DNA of 64,000 bases from a virus. Below are positions 27,186-37,366 of this stretch, piece after piece. The notes under the pieces were generated by a model. That model was not told the origin of the DNA. It did no database searches and saw only the letters and a program-made list of their open reading frames with translations. Each line of letters starts with the position of its first letter. Within the stretch, counting starts at the first letter, position 1. The position numbers and the translations under genes were made by a program. The stretch is taken from positions 1 through 64,000 of the IMG/VR virus record IMGVR_UViG_3300029922_000013; one strand, given 5' to 3'.

Positions 27186-29531
27186 TTATGCCGATTGCTG
27201 TACTGCAGAAATCGCGAAAGTGATTGGGACGAAGTAGATCGCTGTGGCCAGTTTAATCTCCACACTTACCGTCATGGTAGGAGCTGCAATAGAGATTTTA
27301 GCGTTCTTGAACCCGAGTGGAGCGTCACTGCTTGCAGCAATCAACTTCAATTGGAAATAGGTTCCCATTTTTTGCGTCAAGAAAGCTGACGCAGAAGCAG
27401 CTGAAACGTCCGCCAGTGATTGACCGACGAATGCATTAGCAAAACTGAACTTCAGATCGATAGCGATAATATCCGCGTCGTAAACAGCTTGTATGCTGTT
27501 GTACACGAAATTGTTGTCGATTCCGTAAGTTGTTTGATCTGACACCCAACGAACTCCTCCAACATCAGTAAAGAGTGGAAGCAAACCGGATTCCAGAGCT
27601 TGACTGGTATCGCCTGGATCGCCATTGTTATAACCCGTAGGATCAACAATACTAATCACATTGGCATACTTATTGACAATAGCTTTATAGAATCCGCCAG
27701 CTTGCATGCCTGCCGCGACTACTGCAGCGTACCAAGGTTGGAACTGAGTTACGACACCAAATGAATTGACTTGTGTAACGGATTGGAATGCGACAGAACA
27801 ACGGAAACTTGCCAATGATTGGGCCTGAGTTTCTGCATTGACAAAAAGTCCATTGTAAGATAGAATACAAATGCGATTTTTTCCGAGGCTTGGTTCGCTA
27901 TATTCGAGACAATGACTCTTGAGGAGTGCATTTGTTGCTGCAATAGTGTAAGTCGAATCCGGAGAAGTCTGATCTGCGATGATGTCTGCGCTGGCATCTT
28001 GAGAAATCAATGGCACGATAATGTTGCAATTGATGGAACCCAAGGAGTTGATAGCGTTTGCAACGTCGGCAGCCAGAGTGGCTCCACGAGTTCCACCTGC
28101 TAAGTAAGCAGGAGAAGCCATAGGAGTTGGAAGTCCGGAAGTCGCCGTAGCAGTAAAGGACATCAATCGGCTGGTCGCCATTGCTTGAGTGAATTCGTAC
28201 AAACCCATTTTGATACGGCCTGGCTCTTCACTTGCACCCGTAGAAGCGATACCGATTGCAGAAACTGCATCCAGAGCACTCGTAGGGAGCTGAGTAGCAG
28301 GAGAAGCAACGGTTGCACTATACCCAGGTTGAGAAGAGATGAAGGAGGCGAGTTGTCCTATAGTGGTGTAATCACTCAAAGTGATACTCAGATTACCGCC
28401 TGAACCGCCAGTGACCGTGGTTGTCAATACGCCGGCTGTTATAGTGAGAGTTCCAGTAGCTCCTTGATAACCTACGCTTAGAGCAACATCAGCGCTAGCT
28501 TGAAGCGTTTCGTTAACACCAGTCGTAGCATTTGAGTCCTGAATTTCAATTTCAGGTTCTTGGGAAGAAATGTACAAATTTGGTGTAAATCCAAGGGCTG
28601 CAAGATCACCAGGAGTCGAATCGATAAGTTCGAACGATTTACCCCATCCGTTACCCCATGCAGCGGAATCTGGATTCACTGCGAGTGTCAAAGTATTCGT
28701 AGCCATTCCCATGGATGCAGTCATCGCTTCCGGAAGCAATCTGGTGAATGTCGAGAAAGTAATGGTCGTGTCTCCAGTTCCACTGACTTTGGTCAAAGTT
28801 CCGGCAGGTAGAGGAGCCCCAGTCCCAGTAGCGAACAAAGTTGTTCCGGCGACAATAGTTGCCAAAACAGTGAAGGTTTGGGTATTATTACTATAAATTG
28901 CTCCTACAGTAGCATTAGCTGCCGTAATAGTAAAGTCATAGCGATTAAGTTCGGTAACCAAATGGCCGATAGTATCGTGATCGGCAGATGTAGCTGAAAG
29001 TGTTACGGTTGTCGCAGCGGCACCATTTATACGAATGCTGAAAGAATCGCCGTTGAGAGCCGAACCAAACGCTGGAATGGTGGTTCCCGTGACAGAAGGA
29101 GCTACTTCTGCAGCTGCGGACAATATCTGATAACGATCTTGATTGCCGAGAACACCCCAGTTTAAATCGAACAAGTCTCCATAAGAAGGAGCCAAACTAG
29201 CAGTTGCCATTGTTCCGGTATTCGTTTTTACAACGTAGACCTGAGTAGCAGTTCCGGTAATGTTAGCATCGTTGGAAGGAGATGCGATGGCCATAAAAGC
29301 ATCTACGATTTGACCACTCGTAAAGTTTTGCATTACCTTACTAATTTGGTCAGGTGTGTACAAACTTTGTGCAAGAGAAACTTGCTCGTAGCTTGGTCCA
29401 CCATCAGCTTCACCCAAAAGTACTACGATACCAGATGAAGCGACACCAACGGGCTGGCTAACAACGTTATAATTAACGTAAGCGCCAGGGATAACCGTAT
29501 TTACGAAAGTCGTATTTAGTCTTTGAGCCAT
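27186..29531 (-). CDS. Contractile tail sheath protein
   Basis: IPGAYV...LLGEADGGP N-terminus; C-terminal VSDQTTY...NSI and YFVPITF. Confidence 0.85.
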   Translation of the reverse strand: MAQRLNTTFVNTVIPGAYVNYNVVSQPVGVASSGIVVLLGEADGGPSYEQVSLAQSLYTPDQISKVMQNFTSGQIVDAFMAIASPSNDANITGTATQVYVVKTNTGTMATASLAPSYGDLFDLNWGVLGNQDRYQILSAAAEVAPSVTGTTIPAFGSALNGDSFSIRINGAAATTVTLSATSADHDTIGHLVTELNRYDFTITAANATVGAIYSNNTQTFTVLATIVAGTTLFATGTGAPLPAGTLTKVSGTGDTTITFSTFTRLLPEAMTASMGMATNTLTLAVNPDSAAWGNGWGKSFELIDSTPGDLAALGFTPNLYISSQEPEIEIQDSNATTGVNETLQASADVALSVGYQGATGTLTITAGVLTTTVTGGSGGNLSITLSDYTTIGQLASFISSQPGYSATVASPATQLPTSALDAVSAIGIASTGASEEPGRIKMGLYEFTQAMATSRLMSFTATATSGLPTPMASPAYLAGGTRGATLAADVANAINSLGSINCNIIVPLISQDASADIIADQTSPDSTYTIAATNALLKSHCLEYSEPSLGKNRICILSYNGLFVNAETQAQSLASFRCSVAFQSVTQVNSFGVVTQFQPWYAAVVAAGMQAGGFYKAIVNKYANVISIVDPTGYNNGDPGDTSQALESGLLPLFTDVGGVRWVSDQTTYGIDNNFVYNSIQAVYDADIIAIDLKFSFANAFVGQSLADVSAASASAFLTQKMGTYFQLKLIAASSDAPLGFKNAKISIAAPTMTVSVEIKLATAIYFVPITFAISAVQQSA

Positions 29532-29532
29532 T

Positions 29533-29835
29533 TTATTTCTCCCTATTTAAACTTTTAACGCCAAAATTCTTGAGCCCAGCTTCGAAATTTTCAGGGCTAT
29601 CGTTTTTTGTACTGACCAAGTGCAGCCACAAGATTTGTTCCATTTTTCCTGTGAGGCCATATTTTTTCTTATTTTCAGTCCAATAAACTTTAAAGGCTTG
29701 TCTTTTTTGCTTTTCTGTGAGCAACTTAGCAATATTAGTAGCCAAAGAAGCACGGTAGGCTTTCGCCTCTTCCATAGTCATATCTTCTTTTGGCTCTGTT
29801 TGTTCTAGTGAACGTTGTTGTTCTTTTTTATACAT
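29533..29835 (-). CDS. Hypothetical protein preceding sheath
   Basis: Operon position. Confidence 0.65.
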   Translation of the reverse strand: MYKKEQQRSLEQTEPKEDMTMEEAKAYRASLATNIAKLLTEKQKRQAFKVYWTENKKKYGLTGKMEQILWLHLVSTKNDSPENFEAGLKNFGVKSLNREK

Positions 29836-29838
29836 AAG

Positions 29839-30978
29839 TTATCTCGGAAGCTTCGGTTTAATCTTGGATTGTTGTTCCATGCGAGCTACCGAATGAGCCC
29901 TAGCTGTTCCAACGTCTCCCGTCCTAACTGAAGCACCAGCTCCAGATATCCCTTCTCTAAAAGAAGGATTTGGTTTCGTTCCTACACCTTTTTCGTGTCC
30001 TGTTTCAGCTTTGTCCACGTCAGGTCTACCGTCTTGAGTAGAACGAGGTGCTGGAGCATCACTTGCTTCATGTCCGACAGCTTCAGCAGATTCTCCAGCC
30101 TTTCTCTTGGCGTGTTTTCTTTCCATGAACTTTGCTAACTTAGCAGATAGTATTTGGGTTCCCGGAATAAAAGAAGACTGTTCTCCTTCAGCTTTTTGCT
30201 GTTCAGGTTTAACGCCTTCAGCCACACAAACAGCCTCTGGACTAGTAACTTCTGGTGAATTTTGTTTGACACCTTCCACACAACGTCCAAATTTACTCTT
30301 ACCATCTGACTTAGCCATGGGTTTAGCCATAAGTTTGTGTCCTTCTTTAGCTTCAGCTTCCTTATTTTGCTTGAAGTGATCTTCTACGTCTTTTTCAACC
30401 TTTTCGCCCAATTTGGCATCAGCATCTTTATCAGGATTTTCAGCTTTGCCCATTTTTTTACCTTTGTGGGCTGCATTCTCAAAAGCTTTTTTCCCGTATT
30501 TTTTCATTCCAGCGGCGGCTGCAACAGCCGCAGGATCAGAAGCCCCACTTTTAGCTGCGCTCGCTTCAACGGCTTTAAAGCCTTCATATTTCTTTTTCAT
30601 CTCAGACTTGTCTAAGGCTGCTTTTTCTTTAGCTAACTCGCCTTTGACTTTGTCCTTAAATTCGTACGGAGGTTCCATACCATCAGGTTTGTTATTACCT
30701 TCGGCAGCTTCTTTAGGATTTCCAGAAGGAGAAATTTGCTTAGCTACTCTCGGACCGGCTGAGTCTTTTGATTTTCCAGGTTTAACTTCGTATTCACTGT
30801 AATCGCGCTCAGTGGCTTTTTGGTTGGTTTCGATTGAACCATACTTAACGCCAGGTTTGGGTGAATTCTCAGTTTCGTATTTTTTTAAAGTTTCCGATTT
30901 ATTAAGGATTTCCTGCGCCTTGGCCAGCACCATTTGGGCGACCGTTCTAGCTGAAATTGGTTTGTTGTCGTTTGCCAT
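29839..30978 (-). CDS. Low-complexity probable internal head protein
   Basis: Several K[SA]E motifs (LNKSE, LDKSE, MGKAE, VDKAE); late motif upstream. Confidence 0.6.
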   Translation of the reverse strand: MANDNKPISARTVAQMVLAKAQEILNKSETLKKYETENSPKPGVKYGSIETNQKATERDYSEYEVKPGKSKDSAGPRVAKQISPSGNPKEAAEGNNKPDGMEPPYEFKDKVKGELAKEKAALDKSEMKKKYEGFKAVEASAAKSGASDPAAVAAAAGMKKYGKKAFENAAHKGKKMGKAENPDKDADAKLGEKVEKDVEDHFKQNKEAEAKEGHKLMAKPMAKSDGKSKFGRCVEGVKQNSPEVTSPEAVCVAEGVKPEQQKAEGEQSSFIPGTQILSAKLAKFMERKHAKRKAGESAEAVGHEASDAPAPRSTQDGRPDVDKAETGHEKGVGTKPNPSFREGISGAGASVRTGDVGTARAHSVARMEQQSKIKPKLPR

Positions 30979-31074
30979 AGTTAAACCCCTGTTATCTATC
31001 CTTAAAGATTAGTTTAGGTACTAATTCTACTATACAACTTACTGATTTTATTAACTTTTATTCTTTTAATGTTA

Positions 31075-32133
31075 TCAATCTTCATATTCATACTCTCCCT
31101 CGCAATCGGGAGTATTTGGAACCGCAGGTTCTGTCACATCTACCCCTGCATACCAGTCCTGGTCATTTTCTTGTAATGGTGGAGTATTTAAGTTAGATAT
31201 TATACGAAGACCACCAATATAACCTTTTGGATTTTCTTCTGTAACGGCTGCTGGATCTTGATCCCGTAGAAGGACTGATTCAATATTTCTGTGAAGGCCG
31301 CGAATGAATTGCTGCTGCACTTTTCCAAACATGGTGATTTGACGACAAAATATTTCTTCGCCCCCAGCGTTAGAAAAATCCGGATTAAATATGTCAGTGC
31401 TAGTTATATGAGTTTCTGCAAAACCATTATGTTCGTAGAATTCTCTATAACGCAATAATCCAAACACCACAATAGAATGAAGCCACAAAAGAGTTTGAGG
31501 ATCGTTAGTCGCTAAAGTAATATTCCAGTTTTCCTCAAACCAAGATCTCCCGAGTCTAGAAGTAAAAAATCTATACTGAGGAATTACTCCTAGTTGTGTA
31601 GAGTCTAATTCAATGCCGGGTTGTATTTGAATTTCCCCGTCAGGAGTTATTCCTTCAATAACAACTCCAGCTCCATTCGACGGATTAACTAAAACCATTC
31701 CAGGAGAAACGGGAGCTATGTCGGTCCCAACAGGAACACCTACTAAACCAGTGGAAGCATCGAAACTGATAGGAGAAAAAGGTTTAACTACGTATGGAAT
31801 AGGTTGCCCCACCCTATTGGGCATAAGGATCAAGTCTTCCTCACTTATATCACTCATGGTTCGTAAATCTTGAACCTCGTTACTACTTCCAAGTGTTAGG
31901 AATATAGCAGGAAATTTTTCTTTATCCTTAGAAAATTGTAACTGCACATTAACATTATTATTAGAGAACCATTCCTTGGCCGCTAGTATTTGTTTTTGTC
32001 CAAATTGAGATTTCAAAAAAGGATTTTGAGTAAAATCATCTAGAATGTAATCTAAAAGCCATAGGTTGGTTTTTATATCCCCTAATGTTTTTTCTAGAAT
32101 TGTTTTAAGAAGTGCGTCTGTTTGAAATATCAT
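31075..32133 (-). CDS. Putative tail completion/terminator protein
   Basis: FPAIFLTLGSSNE motif, position upstream of sheath. Confidence 0.55.
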   Translation of the reverse strand: MIFQTDALLKTILEKTLGDIKTNLWLLDYILDDFTQNPFLKSQFGQKQILAAKEWFSNNNVNVQLQFSKDKEKFPAIFLTLGSSNEVQDLRTMSDISEEDLILMPNRVGQPIPYVVKPFSPISFDASTGLVGVPVGTDIAPVSPGMVLVNPSNGAGVVIEGITPDGEIQIQPGIELDSTQLGVIPQYRFFTSRLGRSWFEENWNITLATNDPQTLLWLHSIVVFGLLRYREFYEHNGFAETHITSTDIFNPDFSNAGGEEIFCRQITMFGKVQQQFIRGLHRNIESVLLRDQDPAAVTEENPKGYIGGLRIISNLNTPPLQENDQDWYAGVDVTEPAVPNTPDCEGEYEYED

Positions 32134-32136
32134 ATA

Positions 32137-33006
32137 CTAATCCTTCCACTTAGAAATAATGTCAGGAATAATTCTAGTGTAGAATTCATTTTCTGCCCAC
32201 ATCATAGCTTCTTCCATAAATTTGTTAGCTTTGTAACCAGGATGTATAAACTTGTCCTTTGGGGCTACTCCTGTTTCAGGATTCACAATGGGACTTTCCG
32301 AAGCAGTTCTAAACGTCATGAATGAGCGTGTTACTTTTACTTTACCTTTTTTATTAAGCTTAGCGTTACCTGCAGAGTCTTTATCTATCGCTTGATAAAT
32401 TCTCATTCTTTCTAGTGGATCACTTGACCATTTGTGACTGGATTTACCACCCTTGAAATCAAATTCGTGCAGCAGCCCTTCTTTAGGATTACCGTTTTTA
32501 TCTCTTTCAACTCCGGCCCACGGCACCGTTTCTAAGCCATTAGCTTTTCTACGTTTATTCATTGCTTTGAGTTCAAATCTAACGCGATCTGTTAGGCCTT
32601 TTTCATAGCCAGTTTGAAGGCTCGGTTTCTTAGAGTGTTCAAAGGGAATTACTAGATAACGACCATTTTTGCCGTGTTTTGTGCTTTTAGAAGAAAACAA
32701 CCAAGCATCTGTTTTCATATCAGTATTAGGGGGTATACCTTCTTCAATCCAATAGGCAGATCCAGACAAAGTGACGACGCTAGTGTTGGAATCTAGATGA
32801 TCCACTCTAAGATTTTGCTCATTATCTTTTCCACGGAATACTAATTGCAAACTAGGACTTAATTTTTTTTGAGCAAGTTCTATTATATGTTGTTTAGTAG
32901 CATTAGCCAAATCTCTAACGCTTTTAGAAAGTTCTTTTTTAACTTTTTCTTGTTCGCTTTTGCAAACTTCAAGAACATCTTTAGGATCAAGTTTGAGCTT
33001 AAGCAT
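32137..33006 (-). CDS. Putative neck protein
   Basis: AYWIEEG...DMK, RYLVIPF, FMTFRT and FIHPG motifs typical of large-myovirus neck proteins. Confidence 0.65.
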   Translation of the reverse strand: MLKLKLDPKDVLEVCKSEQEKVKKELSKSVRDLANATKQHIIELAQKKLSPSLQLVFRGKDNEQNLRVDHLDSNTSVVTLSGSAYWIEEGIPPNTDMKTDAWLFSSKSTKHGKNGRYLVIPFEHSKKPSLQTGYEKGLTDRVRFELKAMNKRRKANGLETVPWAGVERDKNGNPKEGLLHEFDFKGGKSSHKWSSDPLERMRIYQAIDKDSAGNAKLNKKGKVKVTRSFMTFRTASESPIVNPETGVAPKDKFIHPGYKANKFMEEAMMWAENEFYTRIIPDIISKWKD

Positions 33007-33008
33007 AT

Positions 33009-33356
33009 TTAGCCTTTTACAGGCACTCCGCCAGGCCCCATAACGCGACCTTCTTTCATATCAATGAATCTAACCTTACCGTTAGGGTCGGTTATTTTTT
33101 TCTGACCTTTTGCGTTTACCCCACCTTCTGGTATAGGATCTTTAGCAATATGGGGAGTGCTCGCTGTAGTAGGTAGCTTTTTTATTGATCCGGCGCCAGT
33201 AGCTGAATTAGCTACCGGCTTTGAACTGTGGGGATTGAGCAGCACTCTCCGGGGCCGCTTCTTTTTCATGGGGATGCCCGCAATTAGGGCAAGCTTCATC
33301 ACTAGGCATTTCCTCAGAACCCGGTTGTTCTTCTGGATTTTCGCTTTGGCCTTCAA
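33009..33356 (-). CDS. Small ORF with uncertain start (possible frameshifted extension of 33208..34887)
   Basis: Fills the 200-bp gap to the next gene but has no start codon outside the overlap. Confidence 0.4.
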   Translation of the reverse strand: MKAKAKIQKNNRVLRKCLVMKLALIAGIPMKKKRPRRVLLNPHSSKPVANSATGAGSIKKLPTTASTPHIAKDPIPEGGVNAKGQKKITDPNGKVRFIDMKEGRVMGPGGVPVKG

Positions 33357-34887
33357 TCTCGTTAACTTCTTGTTCAGTCTCTCCAGAATTATCTAATCCA
33401 GCCAATGAACAAAGTTCTATCATAGCTCTTAACATACTTATACACGCATCGTATAGTTCAGGTGCTTGATCTTTAGCTTTATCCAGGATCGCTTTCTGAG
33501 ACTTAAATCCTTCCAAAGCGTGACCAACCAATTGAGTCACCTTTTCTCGTTGAATATTGTCGGCATGTTGATCCAAACCACCTTGTAAAACTTCTGAAAG
33601 GTCCGGGTCAGATCCATTTGCATCTTCCTCACTTAAACCTAAGTCACCCTGTTTTTGATTATAGTCAGCTGGACGACTTGTACCATCTGGGTCCATATCT
33701 TGCAACATCTCTTGTTGATTATCTAAGTTAGCATCGAGTAAATCTGTTGTAGTTTTAGGCTGTCCGTCATCTATAATATCTTCAAAATCTTTAGAATTGT
33801 CAAGATTTTGATCCAGCAAATCTTCAGCAGAATCCCCATGTTGATCACAAGTGCAACTTGGACAATGCTGAGCTTCACCCATAGATTCTTGCTCGTAGTT
33901 TTCGGCTTCATCTGAAGTAGAATTTTCTATAGGAATGTCAGCCTGTGGTTGTAGTTGTTCAGTATCATTATATTTCAGATCGCTTGGCTTATCGCCTTGA
34001 GGTTGAGCCATACTTTGAGGAGCAGATCCTTCGGCTTGTCCACGATAATCTTTTGGAGCAGGTTTCTTGTCCATAGGTTCTCCATCTTTAGGGTCTGGCA
34101 TTTCTTCGTTCATTTTACGATCTGATTCCTGAACATCAGTTGAGACCGCTTCGAATGTTCTAGGTTGTGCGATGAGGTTTGGTTTTTTAATAGTAGGGGG
34201 AGTAGAGTCATTTGCTTGATAAGAATTGTCTCTCTGCTTTAAATCACTATTTTTGTAACCGGAATCGTAGCCGTGGTTGTTGTCTTGTTTAGGTGGCTCA
34301 GATTCGGTAGGCTCATTTTCATTAGAGTCCGAACCTTCAGGTAAGACTTGGCCCTGAGTATTCGGGCTGTCTGGAGCTTGATTTGCCAATCCTTCTTTTA
34401 CGGATTCAGGTTCGCCAGTGTCTTCTCCGCCACCTACAACGTCTGCGATTTTCTTTCTTTCTTCTTCATGAGGATCAGAAGCGTTCCCTACAGCATCGCT
34501 AATTTCTTGTTCAACAGAATCATCGTATTGTACAATTTGATCTTTCCCACGGGACTTGGCTGCCAACAGAGCCTTACCAGCTTGTGAAATAGTTTGCCCA
34601 TAACCAATGGACAGAGTCGCTTGAACCATATCGGCATAGTTTTGTCGAAGCTGTTCTAATAAATTTACGAAATCAGATGGTGCAACAAAGCTCCCCTCAT
34701 CTCCACCACCGCTTATCCATCGTCCACCATTAGCTTCCACGAATTCTTTAATCTGATTATTTCCAGCCGTAATAAGCTGAGAAACTTGAGATACTTGATC
34801 CAGATCATCAGAAAGAATGGCTCTAGCATGACGTTTGCCAATTCCATCGCCATCGAATGCAAATACTACTTGATTCTGATTATCCAT
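33208..34887 (-). CDS. mCpol (minimal CRISPR polymerase / Cas10 palm-like cyclase) domain fused to long acidic region
   Basis: FDGDGIG, ISGGGDEG, TLSIGYG and ALLAAKSRGKDQI within the first ~122 aa. Confidence 0.8.
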   Translation of the reverse strand: MDNQNQVVFAFDGDGIGKRHARAILSDDLDQVSQVSQLITAGNNQIKEFVEANGGRWISGGGDEGSFVAPSDFVNLLEQLRQNYADMVQATLSIGYGQTISQAGKALLAAKSRGKDQIVQYDDSVEQEISDAVGNASDPHEEERKKIADVVGGGEDTGEPESVKEGLANQAPDSPNTQGQVLPEGSDSNENEPTESEPPKQDNNHGYDSGYKNSDLKQRDNSYQANDSTPPTIKKPNLIAQPRTFEAVSTDVQESDRKMNEEMPDPKDGEPMDKKPAPKDYRGQAEGSAPQSMAQPQGDKPSDLKYNDTEQLQPQADIPIENSTSDEAENYEQESMGEAQHCPSCTCDQHGDSAEDLLDQNLDNSKDFEDIIDDGQPKTTTDLLDANLDNQQEMLQDMDPDGTSRPADYNQKQGDLGLSEEDANGSDPDLSEVLQGGLDQHADNIQREKVTQLVGHALEGFKSQKAILDKAKDQAPELYDACISMLRAMIELCSLAGLDNSGETEQEVNEIEGQSENPEEQPGSEEMPSDEACPNCGHPHEKEAAPESAAQSPQFKAGS

Positions 34888-35818
34888 TTTTATTACTCCT
34901 CAGAACTTCAAGCAACATTTCAATATTTTCAGAGTTCCATGATTTAGGAAAACTAACTTTAATACCGTCTTCAGTTTTCTTTAGAAAAACTTTCTTACCC
35001 ATATCTTGACCAAAACACATACAAGCACTTACGCCAGAATCATTAAAAATAACGCCATTGCAATCGGGACAATTGATCTGCTCACTTTTTACCATTTCAA
35101 TAGAAAATTCTTTTTTTGCAAGCTTCTTTTTTCTATTTTCTACGAACTCTGCCAACTGGAGAGATTTTTTTGTAGGCTCTAAAACGATTACGGTAGGCTT
35201 TGGAGCCTCTTTAGGTTTTGCCATTTCTTTGTGCTCTTCAGTTATTTTTTTATGTTCAGCAGACAATTGATTCAATTTAGCTAAAAATAATTGTTGAACA
35301 GCGTCTCTTTGCATGAGCTTGCCGTCTATAACTTTGTTGACTAAACTATGCAAATTCATACGTTCATCAATGATACGATTAATTTCTGCTTCTTTAGTAT
35401 GATCAACTTCTGTTTCTTTATCCAGATCTTCTACGTCATAAAGTTCTAGAATTGAAAGCAGCACAAGCCCCAAGCCTGGGATAGAACGGTGCAAGAAATC
35501 TGAAATTTTAACATTGTTTTGAAGTACTTGACCTGAAAAGCTATCGCGCTCATGCTTGGTCGTAGAAACGATGGTATCTTCTTTGCCGGGAATTCTAATT
35601 TCTTTAGTATCCCCAATTTGCATGGGAGACAATTCACGAATCAAAAGACTCAACAAAGCCTTAGGTACAATTTGAAGCCCTTGATATAGATCATTCGTAT
35701 CAGTGACAGTCCGAGTTCCTTGCTTGTAAATTTCGCTTTTAGACAAGTCATTCCCTAAGGATTCTAGAAAATCCTCGCCAAGCGTTTTAATAAGGAAGTA
35801 CTCGGCATTCTTTTTCAT
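34880..35818 (-). CDS. Probable head-associated protein with C-terminal Zn ribbon
   Basis: LSKSE and MVKSE tags; CPDC...CMC. Confidence 0.6.
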   Translation of the reverse strand: MKKNAEYFLIKTLGEDFLESLGNDLSKSEIYKQGTRTVTDTNDLYQGLQIVPKALLSLLIRELSPMQIGDTKEIRIPGKEDTIVSTTKHERDSFSGQVLQNNVKISDFLHRSIPGLGLVLLSILELYDVEDLDKETEVDHTKEAEINRIIDERMNLHSLVNKVIDGKLMQRDAVQQLFLAKLNQLSAEHKKITEEHKEMAKPKEAPKPTVIVLEPTKKSLQLAEFVENRKKKLAKKEFSIEMVKSEQINCPDCNGVIFNDSGVSACMCFGQDMGKKVFLKKTEDGIKVSFPKSWNSENIEMLLEVLRSNKNG

Positions 35819-35821
35819 ATA

Positions 35822-36289
35822 TTAAGGGATCATGCTGCTGGTCATGGCGACAGCAACAGGTTGAATACTTGAGTTATCGTTAATCAAATAAACTAGTAAA
35901 CTAGAAGAACTAGAAATTACCCAATTAGAGTAGCCCCCTGCAAAGTAGGACCAGGAATTTGGCATACAAGGAAGACCCACTCTGCCAGAAGAATCGGTAG
36001 CGCCTGCAGCTAGCGCAGTCACGGTGCCGTCGGTACCAAAGGTGATAGCAGCGACGGTTCCAGAGTTGTTGTAGACAGCCAGGTTGCGTCCAGCATTAGG
36101 AAGAGGATAGGCAGACGAAGGATTGGTGGTATACCCGTTACCTACGCCTGGAACAGGAAGAGGAAGCAAATGACGGCCAACCTCAGCAGTTTTGTTAGCA
36201 CCCGCCGCATTGTTGTAAGTATTATTGGCTATGGCCCCAGTGTCTTGGGTGTCAAATCCTTGAATATTACGTTTTTTAATCTCAGCCAT
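35822..36289 (-). CDS. Putative virion structural protein
   Basis: Beta-rich; late motif at 36328. Confidence 0.55.
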   Translation of the reverse strand: MAEIKKRNIQGFDTQDTGAIANNTYNNAAGANKTAEVGRHLLPLPVPGVGNGYTTNPSSAYPLPNAGRNLAVYNNSGTVAAITFGTDGTVTALAAGATDSSGRVGLPCMPNSWSYFAGGYSNWVISSSSSLLVYLINDNSSIQPVAVAMTSSMIP

Positions 36290-36343
36290 GTTATTGTTTT
36301 CCTTATCTTTTTATCTAATCCTATAGGTAAAGATTACTCGTTA

Positions 36344-37366
36344 TTAGGTATCGTTTTCGACATCCAACATTTCTACGCGGATAACCGGTTGATTTATATT
36401 GACTTTGTCCATTGGTTCAGCCGTTTGCCTGATTTCCATATTCGGTTGGGGTGGTTTGTTGAGTTCATTACCCCGATTTATATTATGGTACAGGAACTCT
36501 CTAGTTACCTGGACAAACTCGGGCATCCGTTCCGATGACCTAACTCCATTTTGGGTAACATCAGTGATACGAACTTCTCTTAAAATTGAAGTTATGTAGT
36601 AAAAAGCCCTATAAAGGTATCTTACACTATACGTTCTTCCCTCACCCGTATCTGGATCAATACCAGGATTATTGCCCCCGTCAATCCAAGCGATATTTCC
36701 GTGATCCGAAATTTTATAGTCAATACCTTGAGTATAATAAACCCCTCTGGAGTCTATCAAAGGAGCGGCCATTTTTTTGATAGGAAACATCGGCACATTT
36801 TCTGAATTAAAAGAAAATTGAAGCAACTCTTTATTAACAACCAAGTCATCTGCTTGGGGATCACCGTGATACAGTCTATCACCAGGAGCTAGGTAAATCC
36901 TGTTGTTCGCAGCTATAGGAGCTGGTTCGCAACAGTCTTCTTCAGATGTGCCACTCTGCTCAGATAAACCACCTGGTATCGAAGGAGCTTGGTCATAAAA
37001 TCTAGGCAAAACAAGGTTTCCCGTGGAAGAGTCATGCAATCCACCTTCAGAAGGTCTTAGTTGATCTTTTTGATTGCTTGTCAATACAGCAGTGAATTTA
37101 CCTGCCAAAGTGTAAATATATCCGTTAGAAGTAATGACATCAACATCACCATTATTTCTGCGATAATCCCCTTTTTCATTCAATCCGATAGGGCTAATAT
37201 TTGCAACGTAATGCAAAAAAGTAGTTCCCAAACTTTGGACGAACATATCCAGTCTATTCAAGTCAAACGATTCTTGAATATAAGGTATAAACGGTGCAAT
37301 TACCGATATCTGTTCGCCGACAGGCTTTTTATTTGCCACATTTATCTTTCTTACAAAGTTCTGCAA
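36344..37366 (-). CDS. Putative neck/head-completion protein
   Basis: LAPGDRL, YTQGIDY, GNIAW and YSVRY motifs; position. Confidence 0.6.
   Translation of the reverse strand: MQNFVRKINVANKKPVGEQISVIAPFIPYIQESFDLNRLDMFVQSLGTTFLHYVANISPIGLNEKGDYRRNNGDVDVITSNGYIYTLAGKFTAVLTSNQKDQLRPSEGGLHDSSTGNLVLPRFYDQAPSIPGGLSEQSGTSEEDCCEPAPIAANNRIYLAPGDRLYHGDPQADDLVVNKELLQFSFNSENVPMFPIKKMAAPLIDSRGVYYTQGIDYKISDHGNIAWIDGGNNPGIDPDTGEGRTYSVRYLYRAFYYITSILREVRITDVTQNGVRSSERMPEFVQVTREFLYHNINRGNELNKPPQPNMEIRQTAEPMDKVNINQPVIRVEMLDVENDT

Noticed and set aside
19696-30802. Numerous short + strand ORFs opposite fibre, sheath and head-cargo genes
   Set aside because: Antisense shadows of long, well-supported minus-strand genes.
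33208-34887. Type III CRISPR-Cas locus or canonical diguanylate cyclase
   Set aside because: No cas genes or array; the domain is far shorter than Cas10 and has DGDGIG/GGDEG rather than the D.D.FK..ND/GGDEF signature.
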